DNA of 64,000 nucleotides from Psilocybe cubensis (Eukaryota): NCBI GenBank assembly GCA_017499595.2, contig CM039006.1, positions 868,001 to 932,000 of the forward strand, read 5' to 3'. Shown piece by piece: positions 61,772 to 64,000 of this stretch (position 1 is its first letter; each line of letters starts with the position of its first letter). The notes under the pieces were generated by a model. It saw only the letters and a program-made list of their open reading frames with translations, ran no database searches and was not told where the DNA came from. The position numbers and the translations under genes were made by a program.

Positions 61772-63004
61772 GGTTGATTGAACTGAGGATGATCTTGGTC
61801 ATAACCTGGCCCTATTAATAAATATAAATATTCATTGAAACTGAATTTAGATGATGTAGATACCCAAATCTGTCTGATGGACGGTCAGGGTGAAGACTAT
61901 TACTGTGATGATGGAGGTAGATAAACAAGAACCGTTGAGCGCTTGCGGAGGCGATTAAGGGGCGATTGTATACCCGTGACCAATTTTACGCGTTTAGGGG
62001 CTACTTATGGGCTGACCTTGTACGATTTAAACTGACGACTAGCTATGGTACGCTACTAAACCTCTGTCATTATCTTCTTTAAAGCCTGATCATTATTTCA
62101 AGCCAGTTTTAGCAAACCCTAACCCATTCGATTACTGGTATCACAGTAACCAATGTGCCAACAGACGTGAAAACTGTTTCCCATATTTCACGGACGAAAT
62201 GCGACGTTCAATGTTCCTATCTCCCAACGCAGCTCCAAAGTACCAACTACAGCACGAAAGATGATTCAAAAGCTCTAAAGTACAAATCCGACAATGATAT
62301 TTTTTCCAAGTACATTTTACAATTGAATTGAATCTATCAAAAAGAGAGCAAAAAGAGAGTCATAACATGCAAAATCAAGACAAAGCAAAAAAATGAATCA
62401 ATGAAAAGATGAAAAGATGACATAAAACAAATGCGATGGATGTATGGGTGTATAGATGAATTGGATCTAAAAATGCAAAAAACTCGACTGCAAATGCGAC
62501 TGAAAAAAGATTTAAAAAAAATACAACTGCCAACCAGCATCACAAATTTCTCAATGAAACCAAGAAAGAAAAAAAGGTGCCTTGTGGGTAAACGTGTAAA
62601 CTAATACTACTACTACTATAATGTGACAAAGACGACAGAGACCAAGACAAAAGAAAAATTGATACACGATACGATACGATGTAAGATGAAATGGCGGGAC
62701 GGAGAGGTAGGTAAGTCTGCGCAGGCAGGAAAAGGGATAAAGGGATGAAAAGGATGCAAGTTGAAAACCAAGGACTGCAAAAAATGCAAGAATGTGGTAA
62801 GAAGGTCAAGAAAAACGGTATGTATCATTCCATCTCTCAGAGATCCTCTCCTCTCCAATCTCCACCAAAAAAACAAGGGTCGTAATCCACCCCAAGAATG
62901 AAAGAAACCCAAAAAAAAGTATGATATGTATAACAGCAAGAAGAAAAAAAGCAGACCTCCAAACTCATTCCTCACCGCTCCTGGCCTAACCTCGCACACC
63001 ACAC

Positions 63005-64000
63005 CTATCCATAATTCAACGCATCCCCACTCGACGACGGCGGAGGAGGTGGCGCTCGATTTCGATCGTAATCCCTCCCACCATCCCTATCTCTATTCGG
63101 AATACCCATCGCAACACCCCCACTAACAGGTCCACCCACAGGCTTCGGCGGCAACCCAGGGTTCAACGGCAGCTTGCCTCCTCCTCCTCCACCACCACCA
63201 CCACGACTGGTCCACTCTCTCCGCTGCCCCTGCCCCGGCCCTGGACCTCTCGCACCTTGACCTGGAGGCGGACCAAACCCAGGCGGTACCGCCATCGGCA
63301 TCGATCCCGGCCCCGCCATCGGATGACGAGGGAGCGCAAAAGGCGGCGGCGGCACACCTCCAGGGCCACCTCCTGGATACATCGGATGAGGCGCATTCCC
63401 CATCCCCATCCCCCCTCCCGGCCTATTCACATTCGCATTCGCATTCGCACCACCCGCGCCCCTATTATACGCGCTCACAAAGTTGTTGAGCCGAGTATCC
63501 CCTGGCGGCGGTGGCTGGTGATAGTTGTGATGTTGCCCATGACTCTGTCCATGCCCGTGCGCAGCGAACTTGAGGCCGTGGATCTGGTCGTAAGTCGGAT
63601 GGGGCATATTCGATCCGTACGGCGGGCGGTTTCCTCTTCTGTCCATCCCACCACCGCCACCACCTGGGCCACCAACACCCACACCACCTGGGCCCCCGAA
63701 CGGCTGCTGCTGTTGGGGCGGCGGGAACCCCCTCGGCGGGCCATTCCTGTTAAACGGTGGGTTCCCAGGAGGCCTCTGCTGGTTCGGATGGAGGATGCCC
63801 GGAGGTGGGCCTTGATGTATTGGCTGATGATTCCTGTGCCCGCGCTTATCGAATTCGTGAGAGGCTTCGTATGTGGGCAACCTTCATAACACCATGAGTT
63901 AAACAAATCAGAAAAGTGGTTGAAGAGACTGACGTCTTTGGATCAGCGGGTAACGGATCTGTCCAGAAGTAATCATGTTCCAGCGCTTGGGCGGCTGTAA
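63005..64000 (-). CDS. BUR1: 3' end of a BUR1/CDK9-type cyclin-dependent kinase with a G/P-rich tail
   Basis: Kinase subdomain XI and extension TAAQALEHDYFWTDPLPADPK / LPTYEASHEFDKR, typical of fungal Bur1/Sgv1. The catalytic core is outside the window. Confidence 0.75.

Overview
Intron-rich eukaryotic DNA from an agaric-type basidiomycete (inferred from ~50-70 nt GT-AG introns, a class I hydrophobin and mushroom-type transposons; the species cannot be fixed from sequence alone). Left part: a Plavaka-type DNA transposon (about 1-5.9 kb), three paralogous micro-exon genes for tiny secreted Cys-rich peptides, a hydrophobin, an oversized alpha-crystallin/HSP20-domain gene, a small gene resembling the PemK/MazF fold, and tRNA-Arg(CCT). 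Middle (20693-46813): three nested insertions with all termini and target-site duplications visible. A hAT element is interrupted by a 22-kb KDZ (Kyakuja-Dileera-Zisupton) transposon carrying a TET/JBP dioxygenase, a Zn2Cys6-like protein and three other cargo genes. The KDZ transposase is in turn interrupted by an intact, almost CpG-free, apparently self-priming chromovirus (Ty3/gypsy). Right part: a second tRNA-Arg(CCT), an SREBP-type bHLH factor, aminopeptidase P, a MOV10/SDE3-like helicase, a possible divergent SUZ12/VEFS protein and the 3' end of a BUR1/CDK9 kinase. The two best leads are (1) a CGG-N2-CCG palindrome scattered through the TET + Zn2Cys6-bearing transposon, suggesting a sequence-specific anti-silencing system, and (2) the micro-exon Cys-rich peptide family with X-Pro/X-Ala pro-regions. 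All exon structures and counts were made by eye.
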